Positions 50,348-60,650 are shown, counted from the stretch's first letter. The stretch is 64,000 nucleotides of DNA from an uncultured Flaviramulus sp. (GCA_947487155.1 CANKVS010000007.1:17020-81019); one strand, 5' to 3'. The notes: generated by a model not told the origin, from the sequence alone. Translations and numbers: made by a program.

Positions 50348-51340
50348 CTACTTAATTACAGCAGGCTCAACCCACTTAAACTGAAACGAGTTTTCTGGAA
50401 TTTTAACTCTGTCTGCTAGTCGTAACATCCTATCAGGAAGTCTCATTAAATAGTCTCTGGCTTTTTCAGCTTCATCGGTTAGATTACTTATTTTATCAAT
50501 TTCCCAACGTACAATTAGTTTTTGCAAAATATCTACGTAATCTTTAGAAGTGTAAACACCAATACGCTGTGCGGTATTAGAAAACTCTTCGAATGCGGTA
50601 CTTATTTTATCGCCAGATTCTCTTAAAAAATGAGCAGGCATGGTAATTTTTTGTTTCATCATATAATGAAATGCCATCATCATTTGGCTAGGATCTACTT
50701 TAAAAATACGCTCAACAAATTCAGAATATGCATTATGATGTCTCATCTCATCGCCAGCAACAATTTTACACATTTTGGCTAGTTGTTTATTGCTTTTTTC
50801 TTTTGCTATTTTAGCAACACGATTATGCGAAATATAGGTTGCTAACTCTTGAAAGCTCGTGTACACAAAGTTTTTATAAGGGTCTCTATCGGTACCAATA
50901 TCAAAACCGTCGGCAATAAGGTATTGTGTGGTTTTTTCAATTTCTCGCATGTTTACACGCCCCGAAAGGTATAAGTATTTGTTAAGTACATCGCCATGGC
51001 GGTTTTCTTCTCCAGTCCAATGGCGCACCCATTTTGCCCATGCGTTCTCTCTGTCTTGTTGTTTAACACCTTCTACATCCATGAGCCACGATTCGTAAGT
51101 AGGGAGTGCTTCTTCGGTAATCATATCACCAACTAAAACAACCCAAAAATCATAGGGTAATTCTTTAGAGAGTTCTCTAATTTCGGTAATTTCTTCAAAA
51201 AAATTATCACCTTCAGGATTTGGTAAAAAATCTGTTGGTTGCCAAATATTTTCAATAGGAATTAAGTACTTTTTTATTAGAGATTCAACGTCTTTTTCCA
51301 AAAACTGCATCACTTCTAATCTAACATTCTTTAACGACAT
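50348..51340 (-). CDS. Soluble acyl-[acyl-carrier-protein] desaturase (di-iron, stearoyl-ACP-desaturase-like).
   Basis: 330 aa with paired E...ExxH di-iron motifs (EENRHG ... DEMRHH) and the plant-type DesA fold. Confidence 0.75.
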   Translation of the reverse strand: MSLKNVRLEVMQFLEKDVESLIKKYLIPIENIWQPTDFLPNPEGDNFFEEITEIRELSKELPYDFWVVLVGDMITEEALPTYESWLMDVEGVKQQDRENAWAKWVRHWTGEENRHGDVLNKYLYLSGRVNMREIEKTTQYLIADGFDIGTDRDPYKNFVYTSFQELATYISHNRVAKIAKEKSNKQLAKMCKIVAGDEMRHHNAYSEFVERIFKVDPSQMMMAFHYMMKQKITMPAHFLRESGDKISTAFEEFSNTAQRIGVYTSKDYVDILQKLIVRWEIDKISNLTDEAEKARDYLMRLPDRMLRLADRVKIPENSFQFKWVEPAVIK

Positions 51341-51353
51341 CTATCTATATGTT

Positions 51354-52127
51354 TTAAGGGTGTATGTGCTCTTTTATAGTAGTTTCAATACTATTTATTA
51401 AATCTTCTTTATTGTTGGTAAAGGTAGACAATTTTAAAGGCTTATGTACGGTGAAAGTAATATGAGTACCCAAACCCATTGGGAATTTACCATAACGAAG
51501 CATTTTCCATGAATTATTTATAGAAATGGGTACAATTAAAGCATTAGGAATTTTTTTAAATAAAATCTCTAAGCCTTTTGTTTGAAATGATTTGGGGATG
51601 CCGTTTTTACTTCGTGTACCTTCAGGGAAAATAACTGCTGCGCGTTTATTGGTCTCAATGTATTCGCCAAATTTCATGAGTGCAGGAAGCGATTGTCTTG
51701 GGTTTTTTCTATCGATTAAGGCAGCTCCGCCATGGCGTAAATTGTATGACACACTAGGTATGCCTTTTCCTAATTCTATTTTACTAATAAATTTTGGATG
51801 ATATTTTCTCATATACCATGTAAGCGGGTATATGTCGTGTAAACTTTGATGGTTTACAACAATAATTAAAGGTTGATTTACATCTATGCTATGCGGGTTA
51901 TGAAACGAGAAACGGGTTCCTAAAATATTAGCGCAACGCATTAACCAAAACTGTAAGGCATCTACACTTTTTTTATGAGCTTGATATCCAAAAACATTAA
52001 AGCAAACCCATTGAATAGGATGAAATATAACTAATGTTATTAAGAAACATAGGTAGTAAATTGCGGTTATTGGGTAAGACAATAATTTTAGCATGCACAA
52101 AAATAAAGCAATGCATATTAATGGCAT
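51354..52127 (-). CDS. 1-acyl-sn-glycerol-3-phosphate acyltransferase (PlsC family).
   Basis: N-terminal TM segments, an HX4D motif (NHQSLHD) and FPEGTRS. Confidence 0.8.
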   Translation of the reverse strand: MPLICIALFLCMLKLLSYPITAIYYLCFLITLVIFHPIQWVCFNVFGYQAHKKSVDALQFWLMRCANILGTRFSFHNPHSIDVNQPLIIVVNHQSLHDIYPLTWYMRKYHPKFISKIELGKGIPSVSYNLRHGGAALIDRKNPRQSLPALMKFGEYIETNKRAAVIFPEGTRSKNGIPKSFQTKGLEILFKKIPNALIVPISINNSWKMLRYGKFPMGLGTHITFTVHKPLKLSTFTNNKEDLINSIETTIKEHIHP

Positions 52128-52137
52128 AAAAAAACCG

Positions 52138-52166
52138 TGATAATGTTCACGGTTTTTAATTTTTTA
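52138..52166 (-). terminator. Rho-independent terminator for the bacilliredoxin gene.
   Basis: The aaccgtga/tcacggtt stem is followed by a T-run on the minus strand. Confidence 0.6.
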
Positions 52167-52243
52167 TCGTTGTTCCGAACGAAGCGTGGGAACCTGCTAA
52201 ATAAGCGTTATAAATCTTATATAGTTTTCACTATTTCTAAACC

Positions 52244-52654
52244 CTAACAATGCTCATTATAAGCATCAACAAGATTTTCTGCAATTAATTCTGCTGGACG
52301 TCCTTCAATATGATGACGTTCTAACATGTGCACTAATTCGCCATCCTTAAATAAAGCCATACATGGCGAACTTGGAGGAAACGGAATCATATAACCACGA
52401 GCTGCATCAACAGCTTCTTTATCAACACCTGCAAAAACAGTTGTAATATGGTCTGGTTTTTTAGCATTTTGTAAACTTATTCTAGCACCTGGGCGCGCAT
52501 TTGCTGCAGCGCAACCACAAACCGAATTCACAACCACTAGCGTAGTACCTTCTTTGGCTAAAGCAGCATCAACAGCCTCGGCAGTTTGTAATTCTTCAAA
52601 ACCAACATTTGTTAAATCTTCACGCATTGGTTTTACTAATTCTGCTGGATACAT
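52244..52654 (-). CDS. Bacilliredoxin (BrxA/BrxB, YphP/YqiW, DUF1094 family) thiol-disulfide oxidoreductase.
   Basis: MYPAELVKPMREDL...VVVNSVCGCAA with the CGC redox motif. The start is taken at the ATG 52652-52654 rather than the longer ORF-track start at 52711. Confidence 0.75.
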   Translation of the reverse strand: MYPAELVKPMREDLTNVGFEELQTAEAVDAALAKEGTTLVVVNSVCGCAAANARPGARISLQNAKKPDHITTVFAGVDKEAVDAARGYMIPFPPSSPCMALFKDGELVHMLERHHIEGRPAELIAENLVDAYNEHC

Positions 52655-52771
52655 ATTTTTAATTTTTTTAATTAACAATTTTAGATTGCAAAGATACCAA
52701 TTGTGTAACAATATGATATAATTATCAACTAACTAATATTATATTTACCGATAAATAAAATTTATAATTAC

Positions 52772-53554
52772 ATGAGTTTTTCAAAATGGATAGGAGCCTC
52801 TTTAGGCTGGTCGTTTGGAGGTCCAATAGGAGCAATAATAGGTTTAGCACTAGGAAGTGCTGTTGATGCGATGTCTAACGGCGATAAAAGTCCTTTTTTA
52901 GGAGAAGGTCAACAACGTGGTAGCGGAAGAAGAACCACGTATAGAACACAACAAAGGCAGCGACCACAAACACAATCGGGCGATTTTGAAGTGAGTTTAC
53001 TCATATTAGCTTCTATAGTGATTAAAGCAGATGGCAAACAAGACCAACGTGAGTTAGATTTTGTACGTCAGCAATTTGTTGGTATGTATGGTAAAGAACG
53101 TGCTAATCATGCGTTTAAGCTATTTAAAGGCATAAATAACCAAACTAATATTTCAACAAGGCAGGTGTGTTTGCAAATTAAACAAATGATGGATCATCCA
53201 TCGCGTTTACAATTGATGCACTTTTTGTTTGGTATAGCCAAAGCTGATGGGCATGTGACTAACGATGAGGTGAAACAAATTTATACTATAGCTGGGTACT
53301 TAGGGATTAATCATAACGATTACGAAAGTATTAAAGCCATGTTTTATAATAGTGAAGATAATGCTTATAAAGTCTTAGAAATTGACAAAAGTGCTACTAA
53401 CGACGACATTAAAAAGGCGTACCGAAAAATGGCTAAAAAATACCACCCAGATAAAGTGATTCATTTAGGTAAAGAACACCAAAAAGGTGCTGAAGAAAAG
53501 TTTAGACAAGTGCAAGCAGCTTACGAGCAATTGCAGAAGGAACGTAGGTTTTAA
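52772..53554 (+). CDS. DjlA-like co-chaperone: N-terminal TM, TerB-like domain, C-terminal J domain.
   Basis: C-terminal DnaJ motif ([30 protein letters not shown]) and a central TerB-like helical domain; 260 aa. Confidence 0.75.
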   Translation: MSFSKWIGASLGWSFGGPIGAIIGLALGSAVDAMSNGDKSPFLGEGQQRGSGRRTTYRTQQRQRPQTQSGDFEVSLLILASIVIKADGKQDQRELDFVRQQFVGMYGKERANHAFKLFKGINNQTNISTRQVCLQIKQMMDHPSRLQLMHFLFGIAKADGHVTNDEVKQIYTIAGYLGINHNDYESIKAMFYNSEDNAYKVLEIDKSATNDDIKKAYRKMAKKYHPDKVIHLGKEHQKGAEEKFRQVQAAYEQLQKERRF

Positions 53555-53606
53555 GTGTTTGTCATTTTTAACTATAGAATAAGATAAGCCTAATAATTAT
53601 GTAAAC

Positions 53607-53645
53607 AAAAGGGTGTGATATTTTCAATCGCACCCTTTTTGTATA
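53607..53645 (+). terminator. Rho-independent terminator after the djlA-like gene.
   Basis: The aaaagggtgtgat / atcgcaccctttt stem contains one G-U pair and is followed by a T-run. Confidence 0.55.
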
Positions 53646-53719
53646 ACAAATTTCAAAAAATATTTAAATAGAATAGGAGACCTTTTTACAATTTGATCAT
53701 TAAGTAATAAACCAGTTTT

Positions 53720-54259
53720 ATGAACGATAAAAAAATCTTAGAACTTTTTAAGCAAGGTCAGCGCGAAAAGGCATTTAAAAAATTATACAATTTATATCCT
53801 AAAATTGAAACATTAATTGTTTCAAAAGGAGGGAACAAACAAGACGCTTCTGATGTTTTTCAGGAAGCTCTTATTATATTAAATAGAAATCTGAAAAAAT
53901 CAGATTTTAAACTTACGTCTTCATTTTACACCTATTTATATTCCGTATCTCGATTTATATGGAAGGATACACAAAAGAAATTTTCAAAACAGGAACTTCA
54001 TAATTTAAGTGATAATGAAGTAGGCTATTTTCATAGTGTTTTAGAAGAAAAAAAATACCAACTAGCAGAACGTGCATTCCTTGAATTAGGAAAACGATGT
54101 CGGCAACTGTTACAACTGTTTTATCATAAAGCAATGTCTTTTAAAGATATAGCAAATGTGATGCAATTTAAATCTGAAAAGATTGCAAAAAACCAGAAGT
54201 ATAAATGCTTAACAAAAGCCAAAGACATCTATCGAACTAGTAATTCTATTCAATCTTAA
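53720..54259 (+). CDS. ECF-type RNA polymerase sigma-70 factor.
   Basis: 179 aa with sigma-70 regions 2 and 4 (DVFQEALIIL ... FKDIANVM). Confidence 0.75.
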   Translation: MNDKKILELFKQGQREKAFKKLYNLYPKIETLIVSKGGNKQDASDVFQEALIILNRNLKKSDFKLTSSFYTYLYSVSRFIWKDTQKKFSKQELHNLSDNEVGYFHSVLEEKKYQLAERAFLELGKRCRQLLQLFYHKAMSFKDIANVMQFKSEKIAKNQKYKCLTKAKDIYRTSNSIQS

Positions 54260-54270
54260 TTCAGGAAATC

Positions 54271-56025
54271 ATGGAAAATCATATACAGAATATAGAACTA
54301 ATAAATGATTATTTAAACAAAAGGCTTTCAGAAAGCGACATTCAAGATTTTGAATCTCGTTTAAAATCAGAAGAACTTTTCAGCAAAGAATTTGAAGAAC
54401 ATGTTGTTTTTTTAGAAGGCTTAAAACGTCAACAACTTAGAAAAGATATTGCAAAGGCAAAACAGTCTTATATTAAAAATATATGGTTTAAATATTTAGG
54501 GTTTTTTATAGGGTTAATTGCTTTATGCACAGTTATTTATTTGAATTTTATAAACGCTAAAACTGAAAACTTAAACCCAACTAAAAGTGAAATAAGTAAT
54601 TCCGTTAGAGTTTCAGACTCTGTTGTTAAAAATGATACTATTAAAGGCGTTGTTTTTAAAGACACTGCAAAAACTGAGCAGCCTAAAGCAAAAGAAGCGG
54701 CTGTTAAAAAGGAGACAATAATCAAAAAGGAAATAGCCGAAATTAAAATACCTAAAAAACAAACTCAAATTTTCACTATCAACACTACAAAAGATACCAC
54801 TATAGTTTGTAAAGAAGGAACCAAATTAACTATTAAAGCAAATTCATTTGTAGATAAAAACAATGAAATTGTTATAGGAGAAATAAACCTTAAAGTTACA
54901 GAGTACTATCAACTTTCTGATATCCTTTTAGCTAATCTATCAACACAATCTAATGGTAAACTTTTGGAAACAGGCGGCATGTTAAACTTGCAAGCATATA
55001 GCGGGAATGAGCTTCTAAATTTAAGGCAGAATTTTACTATTGAAATTATATTTCCTACCAAAAAGAAAAACATGAAATTGTTTACGGGAGAATGGAACAA
55101 TGGAGTTATTAATTGGAATTTTGCTAGTGCTGAAGAAGAAATTGAACCAATTATTAGGGAAATAGTTGTTGAAAAAAAAGAAGAAATTAATGTCCCGTTT
55201 TCAGTGATTGAACAGGTGCCAATATATCCAGGTTGTGAGGTAGGGAATAATACTCAAAGAAAAGATTGTATGAGGGAAGCCATTAGCAAATTTGTACAAC
55301 GTAATTTTAATACGCAAATAACTGATGACATTGGGTTAGCAGGAAGACAACGAATTAATGTGACTTTTAGAATTGATAAAAATGGAGACATTGTTGATGT
55401 TCGATCTAGAGCACCTGAACCTGAGCTAGAAATGGAAGCAATTAGGGTAATCTCATTGCTTCCAAAAATGTTACCAGGAAAGCAAAGAGATAAAGCTGTT
55501 AATGTTCCATATTCGTTGCCAATCATTTTTGAAGCTAATGGAATACCAAGTGTTGGACGTTCACCTATAAGTAGAAAAATTCGAGACTCAATAAACAACA
55601 AAAAATTTGAGGCTAGATTAACGCAAAAAGATAGTTCTCAGGTTACCGCTTCTGAGGTGAGTAGTTATATATTAAGAACTTCAAAATTAGGTTGGATAAA
55701 TTGCGATAGGTTTACAAATAGTAGAAATAAAATTAATTATAAACTTAAAATTGAAGATGCTAGAGGAGTAATAAGAATAAGTATGGTTTTTAAATCTATG
55801 AATTCTGTTTTACCAAGTAGAAGGTCTGGAAAAGAATTTGATTTTAAAGAGGTTCCTAAAAATGAAGATATAATACTAATTGCGATAAAAAAAGATAAAG
55901 GGAAATTATATTTAGACATTATTAATGCAAAAACAGAGGGAAATCCCAACATTGACTTCAGTTTTAAGCAAGTAGACTTAGAAGAGTTAAAAAGTGAATT
56001 AAAAAAGTTGAATAAACTTTTTTAG
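54271..56025 (+). CDS. Single-pass membrane protein with a TonB C-terminal domain, probably the anti-sigma partner of the upstream ECF sigma.
   Basis: 584 aa with one TM helix (IWFKYLGFFIGLIALCTVIYLNF). The TonB_C-like segment is VIEQVPIYPGC ... NVPYSLPIIFE. There is a 12-bp gap after the sigma gene. Confidence 0.6.
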   Translation: MENHIQNIELINDYLNKRLSESDIQDFESRLKSEELFSKEFEEHVVFLEGLKRQQLRKDIAKAKQSYIKNIWFKYLGFFIGLIALCTVIYLNFINAKTENLNPTKSEISNSVRVSDSVVKNDTIKGVVFKDTAKTEQPKAKEAAVKKETIIKKEIAEIKIPKKQTQIFTINTTKDTTIVCKEGTKLTIKANSFVDKNNEIVIGEINLKVTEYYQLSDILLANLSTQSNGKLLETGGMLNLQAYSGNELLNLRQNFTIEIIFPTKKKNMKLFTGEWNNGVINWNFASAEEEIEPIIREIVVEKKEEINVPFSVIEQVPIYPGCEVGNNTQRKDCMREAISKFVQRNFNTQITDDIGLAGRQRINVTFRIDKNGDIVDVRSRAPEPELEMEAIRVISLLPKMLPGKQRDKAVNVPYSLPIIFEANGIPSVGRSPISRKIRDSINNKKFEARLTQKDSSQVTASEVSSYILRTSKLGWINCDRFTNSRNKINYKLKIEDARGVIRISMVFKSMNSVLPSRRSGKEFDFKEVPKNEDIILIAIKKDKGKLYLDIINAKTEGNPNIDFSFKQVDLEELKSELKKLNKLF

Positions 56026-56068
56026 GCACTTAACAAATCAAAAAACACAACTAGCTAAATAACACTAT

Positions 56069-57478
56069 TTATTCTTCCTCTTCTTTAATAGTTTCAATTG
56101 CTTCAGAAGGTATTTCTTTTCCTTTTAAATAATCTGGTAATTGCATTCCAGCCATATTAAACATTTCTTGTAAAGGTGGAACCGCTTTGTACATCCCAGA
56201 AATAAAATTAGAAGTAGATGTTTGCCCATCTTTACCGCTACCGTTTTCCCAAACAGTAACTTTATCAATCTTAATATTTTTAATAGCTTCAGCTTGAATT
56301 TTTACTAATTCTGGTAATTTATCGGCAATTAATAATAAAGCAGCATTTTGAGAATCGTTACCAGCCGCTTTAACTATTTGGTCTAAACCAGCCGCTTGTT
56401 TGGTTAAAACTTCGTATAATCCTTTGGCTTCAGCTTGTGCTTTAAATAAAATAGCATCGGCTTCACCTTTTGCTCGTCTTCTTATTTTTTCAGCTTCAGC
56501 TTCAGCATCTATTTCTACTTTTCGTTTATCAATTTCGGCTGGTACAATAACATCGGCAATTTGCGATGAACGTTCCCTTTCAGCTCTGGCAGATTCGGCT
56601 TCTTGTTCAGCGGCATACGACTCTTCTAATGCTTTTGCGGTTTGTACTTTTTCTGATGCAATGGCTACTCTTTCAGCTTCAGCTTCTCGTTGGCGTCGTA
56701 ACGAATCGGAATTAGCCACAGCAATTTTTGCTGTATTTTCACCTTCTACAGCTTGGGCATTAGCAGCAGCAACCTGAGTTCTTTCATCCTGCACTGCATT
56801 GGCTTCACCAATAGATCCATCTCTGGTTTTTTCGGCAACCGATTTACGTGCAGCATTTATAGCATGTGCAGCAGCTTCTTTTCCTAAAGCTTCAATATAA
56901 CCCGACTCATCAACAATATCGGTAATGTTTACGTTGATTAACTTTAAACCAACCTTTTTTAATTCAGATTCGACACTTTTAGAAATATTGGTTAAAAATT
57001 TATCTCGGTCTGAATTGATTTCTTCAATATCCATAGAAGCTACAACGAGACGTAACTGACCAAAAATAATTTCTTGTGCCAATTCTTGAATTTCATTTTG
57101 ACCTAGTCCTAATAAACGTTCGGCAGCGTTTTGCATAATCCCAGGCTCTGTTGAAATACCTATTGTAAAACGAGAGGGCACATTAACACGAATATTTTGT
57201 TTAGAAAGCGCATTAATTAGGTTTACTTCTATAGAAATAGGGGTTAAATCTAAAAATTCGTAATCTTGAATTACAGGAAGAATAAAGGCTGCGCCACCAT
57301 GAATACATTTTGCCGATTGACCACCACCAACTTTTCCATAGACCACTAAAATCCTGTCTGAAGGACAACGTTTATAGCGTTTAATAAGAATGATTAAAAA
57401 TACAAATACAAAGAGTATTGCAAAAATTACGGCAATAGGTAATCCTAAATTAAATTCTTGTGTTAGTAGGTAATTCAT
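56069..57478 (-). CDS. Flotillin-like SPFH/band-7 protein (YqiK/FloT-like).
   Basis: N-terminal TM, SPFH domain, then a long Ala/Glu-rich coiled coil; 469 aa. Confidence 0.8.
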   Translation of the reverse strand: MNYLLTQEFNLGLPIAVIFAILFVFVFLIILIKRYKRCPSDRILVVYGKVGGGQSAKCIHGGAAFILPVIQDYEFLDLTPISIEVNLINALSKQNIRVNVPSRFTIGISTEPGIMQNAAERLLGLGQNEIQELAQEIIFGQLRLVVASMDIEEINSDRDKFLTNISKSVESELKKVGLKLINVNITDIVDESGYIEALGKEAAAHAINAARKSVAEKTRDGSIGEANAVQDERTQVAAANAQAVEGENTAKIAVANSDSLRRQREAEAERVAIASEKVQTAKALEESYAAEQEAESARAERERSSQIADVIVPAEIDKRKVEIDAEAEAEKIRRRAKGEADAILFKAQAEAKGLYEVLTKQAAGLDQIVKAAGNDSQNAALLLIADKLPELVKIQAEAIKNIKIDKVTVWENGSGKDGQTSTSNFISGMYKAVPPLQEMFNMAGMQLPDYLKGKEIPSEAIETIKEEEE

Positions 57479-58082
57479 AGCTTTCTGTTTTTATAGGTTC
57501 TATAGGTTTTTGTGTTTGATTAACAATTAAAATACCATTATTAGTAACATCTACTACTTTTATAATGGTTCCAGATTTAACTTCGGTAAGCGAATCGGAA
57601 AGTGCTTCAAGTTCACGAAGTGCACCCTGAACTCTAATATGTACTTTCCCCATTTTTGAACGGTTTGCTCCAATAGAAAGGTACACTTCGCCAATAGCTC
57701 CAATAGCATTTTTATAATTTAGAGTCCCGCTATCATTTAATTTTTTCATATAATAAAACATGGCAGCCATTATGCTCATCATTGCTAATCCACAAAACGC
57801 AGATATTGCAATTGTAATGGCGTTTGAAAACCCCGCATCAATACAGGCTATACCACTCCATCCAAAAATGGTAAAAAAGCCGATTAAATTTTTAAACGTA
57901 ATAAATTGAAATTCTATGCCAACATCTGCATCTATATTAGTATCTATATCATCAAAATCATCTGCACCATCAATACCTATAAAGGTTGCAATGATTATAA
58001 AAACGAATATAAGCGAACCAATTAAAGCTATAATCCAATAAAATTTTGGAAAAAGTTCTAAATTTGAAAACCACTCTATCAT
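57450..58082 (-). CDS. NfeD/YqiJ-like membrane protein partnered with flotillin.
   Basis: 210 aa with N-terminal TM helices and a C-terminal OB-fold-like segment. It overlaps the flotillin start by 29 bp. Confidence 0.65.
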   Translation of the reverse strand: MIEWFSNLELFPKFYWIIALIGSLIFVFIIIATFIGIDGADDFDDIDTNIDADVGIEFQFITFKNLIGFFTIFGWSGIACIDAGFSNAITIAISAFCGLAMMSIMAAMFYYMKKLNDSGTLNYKNAIGAIGEVYLSIGANRSKMGKVHIRVQGALRELEALSDSLTEVKSGTIIKVVDVTNNGILIVNQTQKPIEPIKTESYELPTNTRI

Positions 58083-58142
58083 AGTTTTATGAATTAAAAA
58101 ATTAACGACTTAAATGTAAGATTATTTATATAATCTCGCAAT

Positions 58143-59330
58143 TTATTTTGAAAGTAAAATAGATACTGCATTTCCACCAAAACCAACAGCGTTTACAAGA
58201 ATGTTGGTTAATTTTTTAGGTGTTTTTTGATGTTCTAAAAAAGGCACACCAATAAAATTTTGATGTTGTAACATTAAAACAGCAAGTTCTACGTTTAAAG
58301 TTCCTGAAGCTCCAAAGGTGTGACCTATCTTCCACTTGTTTGTAGTTAATGAAGGCATTTTGTTACAAAATATTTTTTCTATGGCTTTAAATTCGGAAGA
58401 ATCACCTTTTACTGTACCTGGAGCATGCATGACGATTGCATCAACATCATCAGGATTAATATTTCTTAAAGCCATTTGCATCGATTTTTGAAAACATTGT
58501 GCATCGCTAGAAATAGAAATGTTGTGTTTTAAAATTTCAGTAGCGTAACCAAATCCGTTAATAATAGCAAGGGCATTACTCTTTTTACCAGCTTCCAAAC
58601 ACACCATGGATGCACCTTCACCTAAAATCATGGTGTTTTGTTTTTTTGAAAGATCTAAGGCGCGACAAGGGTAATTTTGAACACTGAGCGTAGCCGAAGT
58701 GTCAACTTTGGCATAAATTTTTAACGCTTGCATCTGTGCGATAGTAAATGGTGTTAACGGCGCTTCGCTACCACCTACTAAAAATTTATTGCACATACCA
58801 GAATTAATCCAAGCTATACCATTTAGCATAGCATGTAAGGCTGTAGAACAGGTTATGGAATGACTTATTTCTGGGCCTTTGGTTTGTAAATCGTGTGCTA
58901 CCCAAGACGAGATGTTTCCCAGTGTTGTGGTTGGAGAACTTAATGTTTGGGCTTTTTTGTTTTTTAAAAAATCTTCATGATAGGTTTCAAATAAACCTGT
59001 AGCCCCGCGTGAAGAACCAATGTTAATGCCAAAATTATCAGAACTACTCCAATCGGCATCTTTTATAGCTTGTCTTGATGCATAAATAGCGTATAAAACG
59101 GAGTTGTCGAGTGTTTTATACTTACTATCTGATACTTTTAAAGCCTCAATATCTTGTCTTGCATTTTCAGGAATTTTTGCTACTAAAACAGTTTTATTAT
59201 TTAATGTTTTTTCAACAATACAGTGGTCGTTAGTTTGGTACTTTTTCCAAGTAGCTTTTAATGATGTTCCCAAAGGAGAAATAGAAGCAATTGCTGTTAT
59301 GGAGATTGGTTTTTTCATGATTTTCGTCAT
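58143..59330 (-). CDS. Beta-ketoacyl-ACP synthase I/II-like condensing enzyme located in the bio cluster.
   Basis: 395 aa with a thiolase fold, an active-site Cys in the CSTALHAM region and downstream His residues (HAPGT..GD, IGHTFGASG). Confidence 0.75.
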   Translation of the reverse strand: MTKIMKKPISITAIASISPLGTSLKATWKKYQTNDHCIVEKTLNNKTVLVAKIPENARQDIEALKVSDSKYKTLDNSVLYAIYASRQAIKDADWSSSDNFGINIGSSRGATGLFETYHEDFLKNKKAQTLSSPTTTLGNISSWVAHDLQTKGPEISHSITCSTALHAMLNGIAWINSGMCNKFLVGGSEAPLTPFTIAQMQALKIYAKVDTSATLSVQNYPCRALDLSKKQNTMILGEGASMVCLEAGKKSNALAIINGFGYATEILKHNISISSDAQCFQKSMQMALRNINPDDVDAIVMHAPGTVKGDSSEFKAIEKIFCNKMPSLTTNKWKIGHTFGASGTLNVELAVLMLQHQNFIGVPFLEHQKTPKKLTNILVNAVGFGGNAVSILLSK

Positions 59331-59384
59331 ACAGAACTCGTTTTTAGTAGTTCGTAGTTTCAGATTGACGTTCAGTTTTCAAAG

Positions 59385-60650
59385 TTAGACTATTTCTAAA
59401 GCTTCTTCAATAGCTTGGTATACTTTTTCTAGCTGTTTATTTGTAATAACATATGGGACTTGTATATAAATGGTATTGCCTAGGGGTCTTAAAAAGACAC
59501 CCTTTTGCATGAAGAATTTTAAAAGTTTATCGCGCAAATCGCCATAGCGTTCCATTTTTGTATTAAGATCTAAGGCAAAAATAACACCTAAATGCCTCGT
59601 TGTTTTTACTTTAGGGTGATTTTTAATCCGTTTATTAAACGCTTGATGCTTATAAATAATACGCGCTATATTATTTTGTATTTCAGCAGATGTTAAAAGT
59701 TCTATTCCAGCAATTGCTGTAGCACAAGCCACTGGGTTTGCCGAATATGTGTGACAATGAAAAAAGCCTTTAGCAATATCATTACTTAAAAAAGCATCGT
59801 AAATATCTTGTGTACACGAAGTAATTGCCATAGGTATTAAACCCGCGGTTAAAGCTTTACTTAAACACATAATATCAGGCTTTGTTTTTACATAATCAGA
59901 CGCAAAATATTTTCCTGTTTTACCAAAACCTGTCATCACCTCGTCTGCAATAGTAATTATATTATGTTTTTTAAAAAACTGTAAAATTTTATTTAAGCCA
60001 TTGGCATCGTGCATTTGCATTCCTGCGGCTCCTTGTACTAAAGGTTCATATATAAATCCTGCAATGTTATAATTAGAAACTATATTTTTTAATTGATTTA
60101 AAATATCTTGAATATTAGAGCTATTAGGTGTTGGAATTCGTTTGACATCAATTAAAAAATCTTCAAAAGGGCCATTGTAAACTGATAACCCTGAAACGCC
60201 CATAGCACCAAAAGTATCACCGTGAAAACCGTTTTCAAAAGCAATAAACATAGCACGTTTTTCACCCTTGTTAAAGTAATATTGTAATGTCATTTTAATG
60301 CCAGCCTCAACAGCTGTAGACCCATTGTCATTAAAGAAAATTTTATTTTGCCCTTTTGGTAAGATTTTAATAAGTTCTTCTGAAAGTTTTACAGCAGGTT
60401 CATGTGTAAAATCACTAAACATAATTTGATCTAATTGCTGCATTTGATTATATGTTTTTTCAATAATATAATCATTGCAATGCCCAAACATACAAGTGTA
60501 CCAAGACGCAATAGCATCAATATATTCGTTCCCTTCTTCATCAATTAATATGCAGTCTTTAGCCTTTACAATTGCTAAACTATCAGGGTTTAGTTGATGT
60601 TGTTTTAACGGATGCCATAAGTGTTTTTTATCGCGTTGTTGTAATGTCAT
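59385..60650 (-). CDS. bioA: Adenosylmethionine-8-amino-7-oxononanoate aminotransferase.
   Basis: Class-III aminotransferase with a PLP Lys in CLSKALTAG; 421 aa. bio context. Confidence 0.85.
   Translation of the reverse strand: MTLQQRDKKHLWHPLKQHQLNPDSLAIVKAKDCILIDEEGNEYIDAIASWYTCMFGHCNDYIIEKTYNQMQQLDQIMFSDFTHEPAVKLSEELIKILPKGQNKIFFNDNGSTAVEAGIKMTLQYYFNKGEKRAMFIAFENGFHGDTFGAMGVSGLSVYNGPFEDFLIDVKRIPTPNSSNIQDILNQLKNIVSNYNIAGFIYEPLVQGAAGMQMHDANGLNKILQFFKKHNIITIADEVMTGFGKTGKYFASDYVKTKPDIMCLSKALTAGLIPMAITSCTQDIYDAFLSNDIAKGFFHCHTYSANPVACATAIAGIELLTSAEIQNNIARIIYKHQAFNKRIKNHPKVKTTRHLGVIFALDLNTKMERYGDLRDKLLKFFMQKGVFLRPLGNTIYIQVPYVITNKQLEKVYQAIEEALEIV

Noticed and set aside
52655-52711. N-terminal 19-codon extension of the bacilliredoxin ORF (MLHNWYLCNLKLLIKKIKN).
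   Set aside because: Family members start at the MYPAELV-type N-terminus, and the extension is a low-complexity K/L-rich read-through of the upstream AT-rich region. The start is set at 52654.
55254-55601. 115-aa minus-strand ORF.
   Set aside because: It lies antisense inside the TonB-C domain gene (54271-56025).
56400-56777. 125-aa Ala/Ser-rich plus-strand ORF.
   Set aside because: It is the antisense frame of the GC-richer Ala/Glu coiled-coil region of the flotillin gene. It is a compositional artefact.
59336-59385. Degenerate GAACTCGTTT.../GTTTCAG-like sequence between bioA and the KAS gene.
   Set aside because: It has only partial matches to the repeat family and no clean palindrome. 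It is noted as a likely decayed copy rather than a feature.
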